DNA of 64,000 bases from Eledone cirrhosa (lineage: Eukaryota): positions 302,436,001 to 302,500,000 of the forward strand of contig OZ024742.1 in assembly GCA_964016885.1 (NCBI GenBank), in the 5' to 3' direction. This document shows positions 26,150 to 42,900 of the stretch, piece by piece. The translations under genes were made by a program, and so were the position numbers. Positions within the stretch are counted from its first letter, which is position 1. Each line of letters begins with the position of its first letter. The notes under the pieces were generated by a model. It worked only from the letters and a program-made list of their open reading frames with translations, was not told the DNA's origin and made no database searches.

Positions 26150-29110
26150 CTCCACACTACCACCACCACACTACCACCACCACACTATTACCTACACACT
26201 ACACCATCACACTACTACCACCACACTACACCACCACACTACACCACCAAACTACCACCAACACACTACCAGCACCAAACTACCATCACCACACTATCAT
26301 CACCACACTACACCACCACACTACACCACCACACTACCATCACCTCACTACTACCACCACACTACCACCACCACGCTACCACCACCACACTACACCACCA
26401 CACTACTACCACCACACTACCACCACCACACTACCATCACCACACTACCACCACCACACTACTACCACCACACTACACCACCACACTACCATCACCACAC
26501 TACACCACCACACTACTACCACCACACTACACCACCACACTACCATCACCACACTACCACCACCACACTACCACCACCACACTACCACCACCACACTACC
26601 ATCACCACACTATCATCACCACACTACACCACGACACTACACCACCACACTACCATCACCACACTATCATCACCACACTACCACCACCACACTACCACCA
26701 CCACACTACACCACCACACTACACCACCACACTACTACCACCACACTACACCACCACACTACCACCACCACACTACCACCACCACACTACCACCACCTCA
26801 CTACTACCACCACACTACCACCACCACACTACCACAACCACACTATCATCACCACACTACCACCACCACACTACCACCACCACACTACACCACCACACTA
26901 CACCACCACACTACCATCACCACACTACCACCACCACATTACCACCACCACCACCACCACCACACTACCACCACAACACTACTACCACCACACTACCACC
27001 ACCACACTACACCACCACACTACTACCACCACACTACCACCACCACACTACCATCACCACACTACCACCACCACACTACTACCACCACACTACACCACCA
27101 CACTACCATCACCACACTACACCACCACACTACTACCACCACACTACACCACCACACTACCATCACCACACTACCACCACCACACTACCACCACCACACT
27201 ACCACCACCACACTACCATCACCACACTATCATCACCACACTACACCACGACACTACACCACCACACTACCATCACCACACTATCATCACCACACTACCA
27301 CCACCACACTACCACCACCACACTACACCACCACACTACACCACCACACTACTACCACCACACTACACCACCACACTACCACCACCACACTACCACCACT
27401 ACACTACCACCACCTCACTACTACCACCACACTACCACCACCACACTACCACAACCACACTATCATCACCACACTACCACCACCACACTACCACCACCAC
27501 ACTACACCACCACACTACACCACCACACTACCATCACCACACTACCACCACCACACTACCACCACCACCACCACCACCACACTACCACCACAACACTACT
27601 ACCACCACACTACCACCACCACACTACACCACCACACTACTACCACCACACTACCACCACCACACTACCATCACCACACTACCACCACCACACTACTACC
27701 ACCACACTACTACCACCACACTACACCACCACACTACCACCACCACACTACCATCACCACACTACACCACCACACTACTACCACCACACTACACCACCAC
27801 ACTACCACCACCACACTACCATCACCACACTACCACCACCACACTAACACCACCACACTACTACCAACACACTATCATCACCACACTACCACCACCACAC
27901 TACCACCACCACACTACTACCACCACACTACACCACCACACTACCACCACTACACTACCACAACCACACTATCATCACCACACTACCACCACCACACTAC
28001 CACCACCACACTACACCACCACACTACACCACCACACTACCATCACCACACTACCACCACCACACTACCACCAACACACTACCACCACCACACTACCACC
28101 ACCTCACTACTACCACCACACTACCACCACTACACTACCACCACCACACTACTACCAACACACTATCATCACCACACTACCACCACCACACTACCACCAC
28201 CACACAACACCACCACACTACACCACCACACTACCATCACCACACTACCACCACCACACTACCACCAACACACTACCACCACCACACTACCACCACCACA
28301 CTACACCACCACACTACACCACTACACTACCATCACCACACTACCACCACCACACTACCACCAACACACTACCACCACCACACTACCACCACCTCACTAC
28401 TACCACCACACTACCACCACTACACTACCACCACCACACTACTACCAACACACTACCACCACCACACTACCACCACCTCACTACTACCACCACACTACCA
28501 CCACTACACTACCACCATCACACTACCACCAACACACTACCACCACCACACTACCACCACCAGACTACTACCACCACACTACCACCACCAGACTACTACC
28601 ACCACGCTACCACCAACACACTACCACCAACGCACTACCACCAACACACTACCACCACCATACTACTACCACCACACTACCACCAACACTCTACCACCAA
28701 CACACTACCACCAACACACTATCCCCACCATACTACTACCACCACCACACTACTACCACCACACTACCACCACCACACTACCGCCAACACAGTACCATCA
28801 ACACACTACCACCACCATACTACTACCACCAGACTACCACCACCACACTACTACCAACACACTACCATCACCACACTACCACCACCACACTACCACCAAC
28901 ACACTACCACCAACACACTACCACCACCATACTACTACCACCACATTACCACCACCAAGTACCACCACCACACTACCACCAACACACTACCACCAACACA
29001 CTACCACCACCACACTACACCACCACACTACCATCACCACACTACCACCACCACACTACTACCACCACACTATCACCACCACACTACTACCACCACACTA
29101 CCACCACCAC
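26150..29110. repeat. 13/14-bp minisatellite CTACCACCACCACA / CTACACCACCACA
   Basis: Directly visible. Contains an internal ~617-bp duplication (rare ACGAC variant at 26631 and 27248). Confidence 0.93.
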
Positions 29111-29204
29111 CAGCGGCAACAATAATAATAGTAACAACAAAAACAACAATAACAGCAACAACAAGAGCGATAGCAGCAACAACAACAACAACATCGAAAG
29201 GAAC

Positions 29205-29342
29205 AATCGTTTCTTATATAGGCACAAGGCCAGCAATTGGGGGGTGAGATTAAACCTCGGCGGGATTTGAACTCAGATCATAAAGGGCCGTAACTCTATG
29301 CTGAAAAGCATGGCGTCCGACCCTCTACCGATACTGCCAATA
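29205..29342 (-). mobile_element. Family A SINE with internal deletion
   Basis: Tail GGCACAAGGCC and head with A/B boxes are present; the middle is missing. Confidence 0.8.
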
Positions 29343-29915
29343 AGAAAAACAACTACGACAGCAACACCATCATCATCATCAATGAATGAATATTAAATAA
29401 TTTATCTACTAAATTTCATGGCTGTTGATTAAAGATATTTTGATTATTTAAAGATTCACTTCTTTAAAATTTCTGAAATGTCAACACTTCCGGTTGGCCA
29501 TCGCTTAAATAAACAAACTAATTTTCTGTCACTAATTTTCTCCTAATGCACTTTATATATAATATCGTCTTTTTTAATGTATCATGGATTATGTTACTGA
29601 TTACATAAGACAGTGTAACGTAGTTTCGTTCGATTTCTATGTATTATATATTGTCAATTACGATTTTATTTGATGTATATACCTGCGTATAATATCAATA
29701 TACACACTACACATGCTAGCAGAAAACTACCGGAAGGGTGGTTTTTCTGCTAGTAGACAGTAATAAGTGTTGAGAGACTCTTGGTGTAATGGTTAAAAGT
29801 GTTCACCAGGCATACGAGATTTGTGTAGTCCAATTTCTCGCAGACGTCCACTTTTCCGTCACCAGAGGTAATTTACCCAATTTATTCAACTATTGTTTAT
29901 AGTTATCAATTATTT

Positions 29916-30060
29916 AGACCCCGAGCAAGATGGTTGGATAACATCCACGAGCTTGGTTGGTCTCGCCTGGGGATCCATCCGGATCAGTTGGAGACGGTTG
30001 CTTCTGACAGGGCCCGCTGGAAGGAGTGTTTGAGAACTCTGCCCTTCACGACCCCCACGA
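29916..30060 (+). mobile_element. 3' end of RTE-clade (Rex3/Expander-like) LINE
   Basis: Translates RPRARWLDNIHELGWSRLGIHPDQLETVASDRARWKECLRTLP, a typical RTE C-terminus. Confidence 0.7.
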
Positions 30061-30096
30061 ATATTAGTTTCTTTTAATCTAAAGGATACATTAAAC

Positions 30097-30321
30097 CAGG
30101 CATGCTAAACGTGCGGCCCGCGGGCCGCATGCGCCATTTACAAGCACATCTTCGGTCCGCACAAATGTTTTTACAGCGTGAACATATTTTATCTTCGTAA
30201 TATAGAATATGAAAAATTAGTTGTAATGTGCGCAATTAGTTGTCGTGTGTGTGTGTAGCCCTCAGACAACACATATGTGACTCATATGGCCCTCGAGGGA
30301 CCCCTCAGTTTTACATGCCTG
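30097..30321. mobile_element. hAT (Charlie-like) MITE
   Basis: TIRs CAGGCATGCTAAAC / GTTTTACATGCCTG, subterminal GCGGCCCGCGGGCCGC, and 8-bp TSD CATTAAAC/CATTAGAC (7/8 match). Confidence 0.85.
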
Positions 30322-30505
30322 CATTAGACAATGTCTTGGAAAGTAGTTGACAAATCATAGTTCTGCTTCATCAGGTTTTCCCAGGGTCTCAATAGTAATA
30401 ATAACTTGTTAACCAGACATTTTTTTTCTCTCGTTTATATTTCATGGATATTCAAAGAACTATATTAAACCTCTGAAAATACATTCATTTCTACCCCACC
30501 ACCTT

Positions 30506-30572
<67 letters not shown>

Positions 30573-30887
30573 GTAAAGGCTAGAATTATAAGAAAAAGTA
30601 TGTTATAACTTTCACTTCATCTGAGAAAGCTGCTTAGTTGCGGTGAATGAATGAGAATAGCTACTATATTTAGAGATGAGAAGATCAACTAAACACATGG
30701 CATTAGCTAGATTTTTTTAGGAACTTATTAATCTGAGGGATTAGTTTTATCTGAAGTGAAAAAATATTAGGTTTGGGATTGGGAAGTTAATAATACAATT
30801 TATTTTTCTAGTGGCTGCATATTGTTGATTTGAACTATAATATGCGTATATATATATATATAGAGAGAGAGATTTTACTAAATTTCC

Positions 30888-30935
<48 letters not shown>

Positions 30936-30987
30936 TTAATATATAAGGGAATAAAGAATCAGAGTTGCATCTTAAAGATATTTAATT

Positions 30988-31079
30988 ACATATTACATAT
31001 GTTTCGCGGTCGATCAGCTCGAGGAACGATCTATTAATGATCGAACCTGACGCTGGAATCGGAAGCTCCTCAGATATGT
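30988..31079 (-). ncRNA. Type I hammerhead ribozyme with extended stem II
   Basis: Minus strand ACAUAU-CUGAGGA-GC[57 nt]GC-GAAAC-AUAU-GUA-AUAUGU: perfect 6-bp stem I, intact core, GUA cleavage triplet, palindromic stem III region. Confidence 0.8.
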
Positions 31080-31130
31080 TTTAACATGTAGACTCGCGTC
31101 TGAGAGCGGTTGAATATTATCCCGATTCCT

Positions 31131-31186
<56 letters not shown>

Positions 31187-31214
31187 ACACACATACACAT
31201 ATATATATATATAT

Positions 31215-31454
31215 ATAATACAAGGACGAATGGTTACTCCTTCATTACGCTTATTGGTTGGTGACGCGCGTTTCGCTACTGCTCAGCTCAAGGTTCGATC
31301 TGTATCCAACCAATAAACATAATGAAGGAGTAACCATTCGTCCTTGTATTATTATACTACCCTCTGTCTAGCTCTACACCTCGATACTGACATGAACCTA
31401 AACATCGAGTGCTCACCCGGGTGAACCTACAGTAACTCCGCGTTACACTTCCTG

Positions 31455-31455
<1 letters not shown>
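31215..31455. mobile_element. Probable Penelope-like pLTR remnant with inverted 47-bp arms
   Basis: Arms 31215-31261 and 31306-31352 (2 mismatches) enclose the 3' half of a second hammerhead (GC-GAAAC-GCGC-GUC). Confidence 0.6.
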
Positions 31456-31504
<49 letters not shown>

Positions 31505-31657
31505 TATAAATTATAAATTTATATTAAAAATTATACCTGCTCTGTAAAACATCTGATGTATTTACATTGAGCTATTTTTCTTACTGGTATAAGGTAGTAA
31601 TAATTACTGACCTTTCCTGTTTATAGTTGTATATAGTGTATATATAACTATAAATAG

Positions 31658-31826
31658 TATCAGTAGAGGGTCGGACGCCATGCTTTGCAGCAAAGAGTTA
31701 CGGCCCTTTATGGTCTGAGTTCAAATCTCGCCGAGGTTAACTTTGCCTTTCATCCTTATGGGGTCGATAAAATAAAGTACCAGAAATATCTGGGATAATT
31801 GCTGGCCTTGTGTCAAAAGTAAAAAC

Positions 31827-31830
<4 letters not shown>
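31658..31830 (+). mobile_element. Family A SINE
   Basis: B-box GAGTTCAAATC; body and tail match other copies. Confidence 0.88.
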
Positions 31831-31873
<43 letters not shown>

Positions 31874-33740
31874 TACATACATGCGTGTGTGTATGTACGA
31901 TGCACGTATGTGGAAATATCAATTCCAACAAGAAAGACCGCTCAATTACAAATAGAGCTCATAATCATTTATTATGATTCATACTCCATTTGCAACAAAA
32001 GGTTTTACGAGCTAACAATGCCTGTATAATTGCTCAGCATATCACTCATTCATTTTGCATGCACTCCTCTTTACACACATTAAAATTATCGCTCTGATGT
32101 CAAATATAACATGTGAATATGTTTTTTTCTCTCATCTTATTCTTTAACTTTTTCCTTTTCATCCACTCAATGTAACTCTTACCTACCCGGTGTGTTGATA
32201 AGCTCGCCATTCTTATATAAAGTAAATATATAGATGTTTATACAAGCACTCAGCTGTAATTTAAACGGATAAATTATTGTCTACACATACGTGTGTGCGT
32301 ATATTTGAATGCTTATGATGATATAGACGGATAATATATTCATAAGCGCTAGTAATGATCTCTCTTTGTTCCTAAGAATAGTAATGACATGATCACAGCT
32401 TTTTAAAATTCATAGCGAGGCTACAAGGATGTTTATTATAGAGGAATATTTCGTATATGATTCAATATTTTGTGATTTCTTTTCGTCACCATCGTGATTT
32501 TTTCTCCTTGTGACTTCAGCATCCATTCCGTTTCGATTGGAGCTCCCGTCCTTTCTACTATACTAATATGAACGATCGAGAGTGCATCTTCGCAGTCATT
32601 CCGTCTGCAGAGAATGACCAGAAAATATGCCTCTAATTACATCTTAACATCTTAAAACAATAAGGTTACATTGGATAATGTAGCTCTGGATATACCATGT
32701 TAGAGTGAAAAAATACAGGATGGTTACGATTGGAAGGTCTGAGATCATATAGGGTTAATCGTGGAATAAAGAAAAAACATCATATTAACATTACTGTCCC
32801 TGGGAGGTGGGATTGCTAGAATGTGTTAACCATTGAATAAAATGAATTTTAGGCTTTGAGTTCAATCATACCTGGTTCGCCTTTCATTTTCCTTCCAAAA
32901 GGGCCGGTAACATATAAAACTATTATAGTAATAAGTTGTAAATAAAGTTTGAGGTGTTGTAACTATGTTAGAAATCACTACTATTGCATTGTATTTTATT
33001 GAACCATTTAACTTTATCCTTGAGGAATTTTTTCCAGAGGAGAGAAATAATGAACTGTTTGGATATGAGTTCTGGCCCTCTGCGATCTAAGTCTAAATCA
33101 CACCAATGTGGACTTTGACTTCCATCCTTTCGGAGTCGATAAGAAAAGAGTGACCCATTTCCTTCTACTCATGAATATTATGTTGTATCAAGGGAAAAAG
33201 GGTCGACTTGGTGTCTGTGTATGTGTATGTTCGTGTTTACATGGGCATCTAAAACCCTTAACGAAAGCATATTACATACTACCAAGTCATCTTCGATTGC
33301 GAGTGGTGGTCGTAGTGGTTAACTGAAGAGTGACTTGTCGGACAGTACTGAGAGCTCTGTTTAATACATTCATCACCTGAAATTCTCATAAATTATTGCT
33401 CGACTGATAGAAATGTCTGACATAGATTGACAGAAGGAATCAGAGTGACGAAACATCAAAAATGAATAAGAAATGAGGGAAGACGGCATTATTAAGAGAC
33501 GAATCAATCATACGCATCATATTTTAAATCATTCAGAAATATGTATTAAGGTGTAGAGGTGTGTATGAAGATATATACTGAATACCCACACATATATACA
33601 CAGACAAGTACGTATGCATACATAAATATATATATATATACACGCGTATATTTAGATATAAATATACATATATACACGCATACACGAACACGCACACGCA
33701 CACGCACACACACACGCACACACACACGCGCGCGCGCGCG

Positions 33741-33776
<36 letters not shown>

Positions 33777-34132
33777 ATAGCTATTTTAAGGATATCGTTT
33801 TGACAGTAACGGACATTTACATAGAATAATTATTGCGTGTATATATTTATATGGGTGTACACACATACATACTTACACACGCACACACACACGCACATAT
33901 ATATAGACATAGAGAGAGAGAGATAGATAGATATGCCTACGCACATACACACACATTTATACAGTCAAACACACATATAAACGTAAGCATAGTGTGGCCT
34001 GTTGGTCCAGTATCCTGTTCTATAGTTAAGGATCGAATCATGCTTTGTTAGTGTAATTGAGAAGAGGAAAACCGTGAGAGTGTCGGACAGATGGACTACA
34101 CATGTATTTAAATGTACAGTCATGTCACAATG

Positions 34133-34455
34133 AGTCGTTAGAACGTCGGATGGAATTCTTTGCTATATTTATTTCAGCTCTCTGCTCTCTGAGTTCAAAT
34201 CCCGCCGGGGTCAACTTTGCCTTTCATCCATTACTGGTCGATAAAAAAGTACCAGTCAAGTACTGGGGTCGATTTTCTTCCGCTATATCTTTTTCTCACT
34301 TTCTTTCTCTCACTCTCTATATCCTTCTCTGGAAGAAATCTACTTTTTTCAAATCTGGAGAGGAGATGGGCTTCGCCAGGTTTAAAAAATGCTCTAGAAA
34401 CGCCGTATGTCAATATGGCGCCCCTACGACTCCTCAGGAGTTACGGGTCCATACC
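34133..34455 (+). mobile_element. SINE with family A head and an alternative ~190-bp tail
   Basis: Head as in family A; tail homologous to 50870-51045. Confidence 0.75.
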
Positions 34456-34666
34456 ATACCATAGCATACCATGCCATTTCGTCACAGTGTGTCATGAAGA
34501 TTCTACTTCAGAAATACTTTAAGATCACCAGTGTTTGTGGAATATTCACTACTTTGTATATTTAGTCAATGAATAGTGTATTCAATCTTGTGATTGTGTT
34601 AATATGGGTGTGTGTGCATATGTGTTGAGTGTGCGTCTGTGTGCGAGTGTGTATGCATATTTGTGA

Positions 34667-34701
<35 letters not shown>

Positions 34702-34879
34702 TATATGTATATTTACGTTTGTGTTTCTGGGCCTAACATTATGTCGTTACGCTCCGTAACTTAGAGATTTGAGATCGAGGAAACCAGGCTAGAAAAAACT
34801 AAGTACTTGGGTCGATATAATCGACTAATTCCCTATAAGGCGGTACCCCATTAAAAGAACGAATGAGTAAAAGAATATC

Positions 34880-35650
34880 CAGATACCCCTGGCCACCTCA
34901 TCGTCTCCGCTTATAGCTGCCCCACCAAACATATCTCCGCCTATATCGACTCCATTAACACACCTCTAGTAGCCGCCCTCCATCCCACATACCCGACCCC
35001 AACTTTGCCCTCCACCTCTTCGACTCCGCCATCTTCTCATCAGGTCCACCCTTTTCTTTTCACCTTCAATATCAAATCCCTCTACCCGGTCATCCCCCAT
35101 GCCGAAGGCCTACTTCCTCGAACTTCGCCCCTCCCCTCAACCCTCTATCTCCACCCATACCCGCCTTGCCGAATTGGTCCTCACCCTCAATTGCTTTTCC
35201 ATCTTAGGTGAGTTCTACCAGCTGGTAACTGGGGTGGCCATAGACACAAGAATGGACCCCAACTATGCCACCCTATCCGTCAACTACGTTGAAGCTCAAA
35301 ATCTTTGCCCAATACCCTGACCCGACCCCCCTCCAGCAATACGGCCGTTATATTGACGGCTGTATCGGCGGCGCCATCTCATTCACCCGAGAACAGCTCG
35401 ACTCCTTTCTCTTTTTCCTCTGTTCATTCCACCCCACCCTCGACTTCACCACTTCCAACTCCACCACATCCGTTCACTTCCTTGACATCCCCGTCCCCAT
35501 TAACTCCTCCCATCGTTCCCTCACCACCTCCGCCTTCTTCTAGCCCACTGACTCCCACCCCTGCCTCGATTTCACCCCAATCATACCAAACACTCTATCG
35601 CCTACTCTCCATTCCTCCTCCCCGCCGTCTATGCAGACCAATATCTGATA
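34880..35650 (+). pseudogene. Decayed Penelope-like reverse transcriptase
   Basis: Frameshifted peptides IVSAYSCPTKHISAYID, FTFNIKSLYPVIPHAEGL, LAELVLTLNCFS...GVAIDTRMDPNYA, YGRYIDG and VHFLDI, consistent with PLE RT motifs. Confidence 0.8.
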
Positions 35651-35678
35651 AGATTCACATACCAATCGAAACCAGTAA

Positions 35679-35699
35679 TCTATATATATAAAACTGAGG

Positions 35700-35750
<51 letters not shown>

Positions 35751-36334
35751 TGTGAGTTTGAATCCCTAAAACTCGAGAAGTACCCAACCGATTTCTTTCA
35801 AACTTTATATGTGTATTACTTATGTTTCAGGGAGTGTTATGCACATAATTCAACTTTTTGATCTCCTAGGGCCCACATTAGGTGAAAAAGTGCGTTTTTT
35901 TCCAGCTTTTTAGGGGTTTTTTAAGGCGTTACGTCAGACCGATTTCCTTGAAATTGTAACTATGTATGAGTCAGTCTCTTCTTCATACCATGAGTAAAGA
36001 AGATCCAATTTTTTTATGACCTAGGGCCCGCATTAGGTGAAAAACTTCTTTTTTTTTAGCTTCTTATGGCTATTTTGAGGCGTTACGTCTAGCCGATTTC
36101 CCCGAAATGCACATAAAAAAAATTCATTTTTTGATCCCCTAGTGCCCGCATTAGGTGAAAACCTGCATTTTTCCTGCTTCATCGAGGAAAATCTTAAAGA
36201 TTATCCAGCCATCAGAGTATTTGGTTTATTTTCATCACATATTGTCCAGGCATGCAGTTTTTCTACGATTAGGTCTGTTGGCGGCCCGCGTTCCAAAATA
36301 CCTTATCCCGTGCAACGCCAGGTACCACTGCTAG
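35679..36334 (+). mobile_element. Non-autonomous Helitron
   Basis: Starts A|TCTATATATATAAAA, ends with hairpin CCCGTGCAACGCCAGG then CTAG|T. No TSD. Internal (GT)n and ~120-150-bp subrepeats (CCTAGGGCCC(A/G)CATTAGGTGAAAA, 3 copies). Confidence 0.8.
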
Positions 36335-36389
36335 TATTTGATAAACTTAAATTCATTTAATGTAATAAATATAAAAATATTTATAATTG

Positions 36390-36692
36390 CAGCCCACTAC
36401 GTTCTGAGTTCAAATTCCGCTGAAGTTTGCCTTTCATCCTTACGGCGTCGATAGAGTAAAGTACCAGTAATACACTGGTATATTGCTGGCCTTGTGCCTA
36501 AATCAGAAACCATTTGGCAGTATCGGTAGAGGATCGGCCTCCACGCTTGGCAGCATAGAGTTACGGCCCTTGCCATTCTGAGTTCAAATCCCGCCGAGGT
36601 TAACTTTGCCTTTCATCCTTACGGGGTCGATAAAATAAAGTACCAGTAATGCACTGGGTTATTGCTGGCCTTGTGCCTAAAGTAGAAACAGT
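36390..36692 (+). mobile_element. Two tandem family A SINEs (36390-36512 partial, 36514-36692 full)
   Basis: A/B boxes and tail CCTTGTGCCTAAA. Confidence 0.88.
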
Positions 36693-36774
36693 TATTACTG
36701 TGTATTAAATGTAGTTGCCTCGAATTACTCATCATCGAAGCCGACGGAGGAGCGTCCCTTTGTTATTTACGTCA

Positions 36775-39700
<2,926 letters not shown>

Positions 39701-39966
39701 ATAATAATAATAATGATTTCATTTATTGGCCACAAGGGCCGACATATAGGGGACAACACAATAGACAGGGACAGTGGGGGTTTACATAGAGATCGAGTAA
39801 GTATAAATAACAAAAAACAAAATAACAATAAAAATACAACAATGAAAGTTCCCCAATAAGAGGGATCACCACCCAGGGTTGACTCAAGCACCCCACCAGT
39901 CCTGAGCCACCCGACGCTCCTAGGGCACCCGGGAAGGGCACCCCTCTCCTTCTCGAATTCACCAGC

Positions 39967-42900
39967 CTACAGGCGCATGATCAGAGTAGGCCCACTCACA
40001 CGGGCCATTCTCGCCACATTCACCCACCTTTCAGTAAATGTACTGGGGGGCAGCACTTCTCTCTCCACCCTCACCTTCCTTTCCAAGTGAAACTTGAAGA
40101 AGTTGATGAGGGATTGGCCGAAGAGAAAAGTGTCTGTCTTCAGTCCTTTCAACCTGGTCCACCATGCAACCTCTTTCGCTACTGCCACCAGGCAGAGGAA
40201 AATTGCCTGCCCTTCCTGACCAAAAGAAGGCGGCGGGTCAATCTTCACTATGGACTCGGACGATAGCCGGATCCGTTCTACACGCGACAATAGCTGTTCG
40301 ACATAACCCCACAAGTCAGCAATGCACGGACACTGGACGAGTGCGTGCAGAACGGTTTCGTCGCTCTGCGCGCATCTCTGGCAGGTTCGTCTGACAGCAC
40401 TTCCGTGCCTGTAGAGTTTATCCCGAACCGGCAGCGCCCCCCGGTAGCACTGCCAAGCGAGGGATTTCTGGAAGTTATCCATCGTCCCCGGCTCGAAAGT
40501 CCTCCGGAACATACTGGTCAGTTCTACTTCGTTGACGCCCAGAGCCTCTCCTAGTACGTCATCGCACTTGCCCTCCACTAATCCTCTATAGAAATCTTGA
40601 GTGGAAGTTCCACTGACCGCATTGCCCACCTTGCAGAGTGCAGTGAGCGCCTGGCAACATTCCAGATGCCAGTCGCCCAGTCTCGGTCTCTTCTTGACCC
40701 AGGACTGCAGCTCAGTCAAAGAGATGAGCTGCGGAAAGGCCCGTCTAACAAACGGCGACCACACCTGTTCACCGTTTAGGCAAAATATCTGGAGATGTCG
40801 CAGCCTCAGCGCATGTCTGCGCATCATTAGCCACGGCAAGCCCAGCCCTCCACGAAGAGGGTGCTGGCAGCAGATGGACCGCCTCACCAACGGGACCCGT
40901 CCCCTCCACAAAAATTTGAAAAGGAGCCGTTCCAAATTGGCGAGGCGTGGACGGGGGCAAGGCACGACGGTCAGGCGGTAGTAGATGACGGACGCGATGT
41001 ACGCGTTCGACACCTCCGCCCGCCCTTTCAGTGATAGCTTTCTCTCAGCCCATTTCTGGGTGAGGTTGGCTATCCTGCTCGTCACCTCGTCCCAATTCTT
41101 ATCCACCTGGAGGTCTGGTCCGAACCAAACCCCGAGCAACTTTACCGGTCCGTCTGTCCAGCGCCCAACGACGCTGTTGGACGGCATGGACTTGCCTCTC
41201 CAGGTGCCGAGCTGCAAGCCCACCGACTTTTCCGGGTTAAGTTTTGCTCCCGTCAACCTTTCATATTCCTCCAAATGGGTGCGGATCACCTCGATTTCCG
41301 AGGTGTCCGACACCATCACGGTGATGTCGTCCGCATAAGCGGACGCAGCCTTTCTACGTCCCGGTTCGAGCGGGATGCCCTGCAACAACTCCAGCTTCCG
41401 CAGTAGAGGCTCAAGAGTCAATACGTACAGAAGTGAGGAGAGAGGGCACCCTTGACGGACCGATCGAGAGATCTGAAACGGTTCCGAGAGGTGGCCATTA
41501 ACTTTGACCACCGAGCAGATGCCGCTGTACATTGCAGCGATCCAGCTTCTGAAGACGGGGCCGAAGCCAGCCGCCTCGAGGACAGCCTCCAAGTACCGAT
41601 GGTCGACCCTATCGAATGCTTTCGATTGATCTAAATTGATCAGAGCCCCACCGAAGCCAGGTTTGCACCCAACCCTCTCTATGATGTATCGCATGAGGTG
41701 GAGGTTGTCGTGTATGGACCTGGTCGGGATTGCGCAAGTTTGCGCCTCCCCAACCAAATCTTTGACGACAAGCGCCAACCTTTTCGCTAACACCTTGGCC
41801 AAAATCTTAAACTCTGTGTTGAGCAGGGTTATGGGCCTGAAATTATCTAGTGTGTCCCTCTTGTTCTCGTCTTTCCTTATCAGCGTCACTACGCCACGGC
41901 TCACAGAACTGGGAATGCTCCCGTTCTGCTGCCAGTTGCAGTAGAGCGCTTCGAGGAGATCGGAGAACAAGTCTGGCATATTTACGTAAAGCTCGTAGGG
42001 CAGACCATCCAAACCGGGTGACTTGCGACTCGAGCAGCCGACAAGGGCGTCCTGAATTTCGACTGATGTTATCGGCTCTTCGCAGCGCTCAGCGTCGGCC
42101 GTCGAGAGGCGTGGCAAGCCGTCGAGGTAGGGACTGAAGTCCGCCGCCGTCTCCGACTCACCCATCCTCCCGAACAATCGAGCAAAGTGCTGGCGAAAGG
42201 CCTCACACATCTGCTTGGAATCGCTCAGTTCGTGTCCATCTCGATCCGTCAAAGACCGAATTGTGGTTTTATTTCCACGCTGCGTCTCTGCAAAGCGAGC
42301 CCATCGGGCAGCTTTGGTTCCCTCGTTCCCCAGAGCACGCGCCTTAGCTCTGACAATGCAACCTTCGTGTTTCGCATTGAAGAAATGGTCTAGTGCCATT
42401 CTCGCCGCTAGCACGTCTGTTGCAATGCCACTACAAATAGCCTCGTCTAACTTAGCTATCAGCCCCTCCTCCTTTCTATTTTTCTCTATTGCTACTTCTT
42501 TGCTAAATCCTATCGAGGTTGCTCTAATCTCTCTTTTGAGTGCCCCCCACCACCTGTTGTTGACAACCCCCCCTGTCAACTTTTGCTTAACTAAGTTGTT
42601 GACCCGGTCCCTGTAAGCTTTACGTGCCGGAAACGACATGTTTAGCTTCCAGTAGCTAGGTCCTAACCTACGTGTCTTATCTAGGTCGACCATACAGATC
42701 ACAAGCTTGTGATCTGAATAGGCAACCGTTTTAAAATGTGGACATCCTACACTATTTCTATCTCTTTTCCTAATGAAAATCCTATCTATGTACGATCTAG
42801 ATGACCCTATGCGATTGGTCCAGGTCCATACTGGCGCATTAGGGAAATCTAGTCGGTACCTGTCAGACAGTTGAAACTGGCTGATCAGGTACTTGAGGCT

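Noticed and set aside
7331-29110. CRISPR-like or telomeric array
   Set aside because: No repeat-spacer structure, eukaryotic context, and the unit is not TTAGGG-like.
29775-29850. tRNA-like sequence (TGGTGTAATGGTT...CCA)
   Set aside because: B-box/T-arm is degenerate and no convincing cloverleaf forms; likely an old SINE head.
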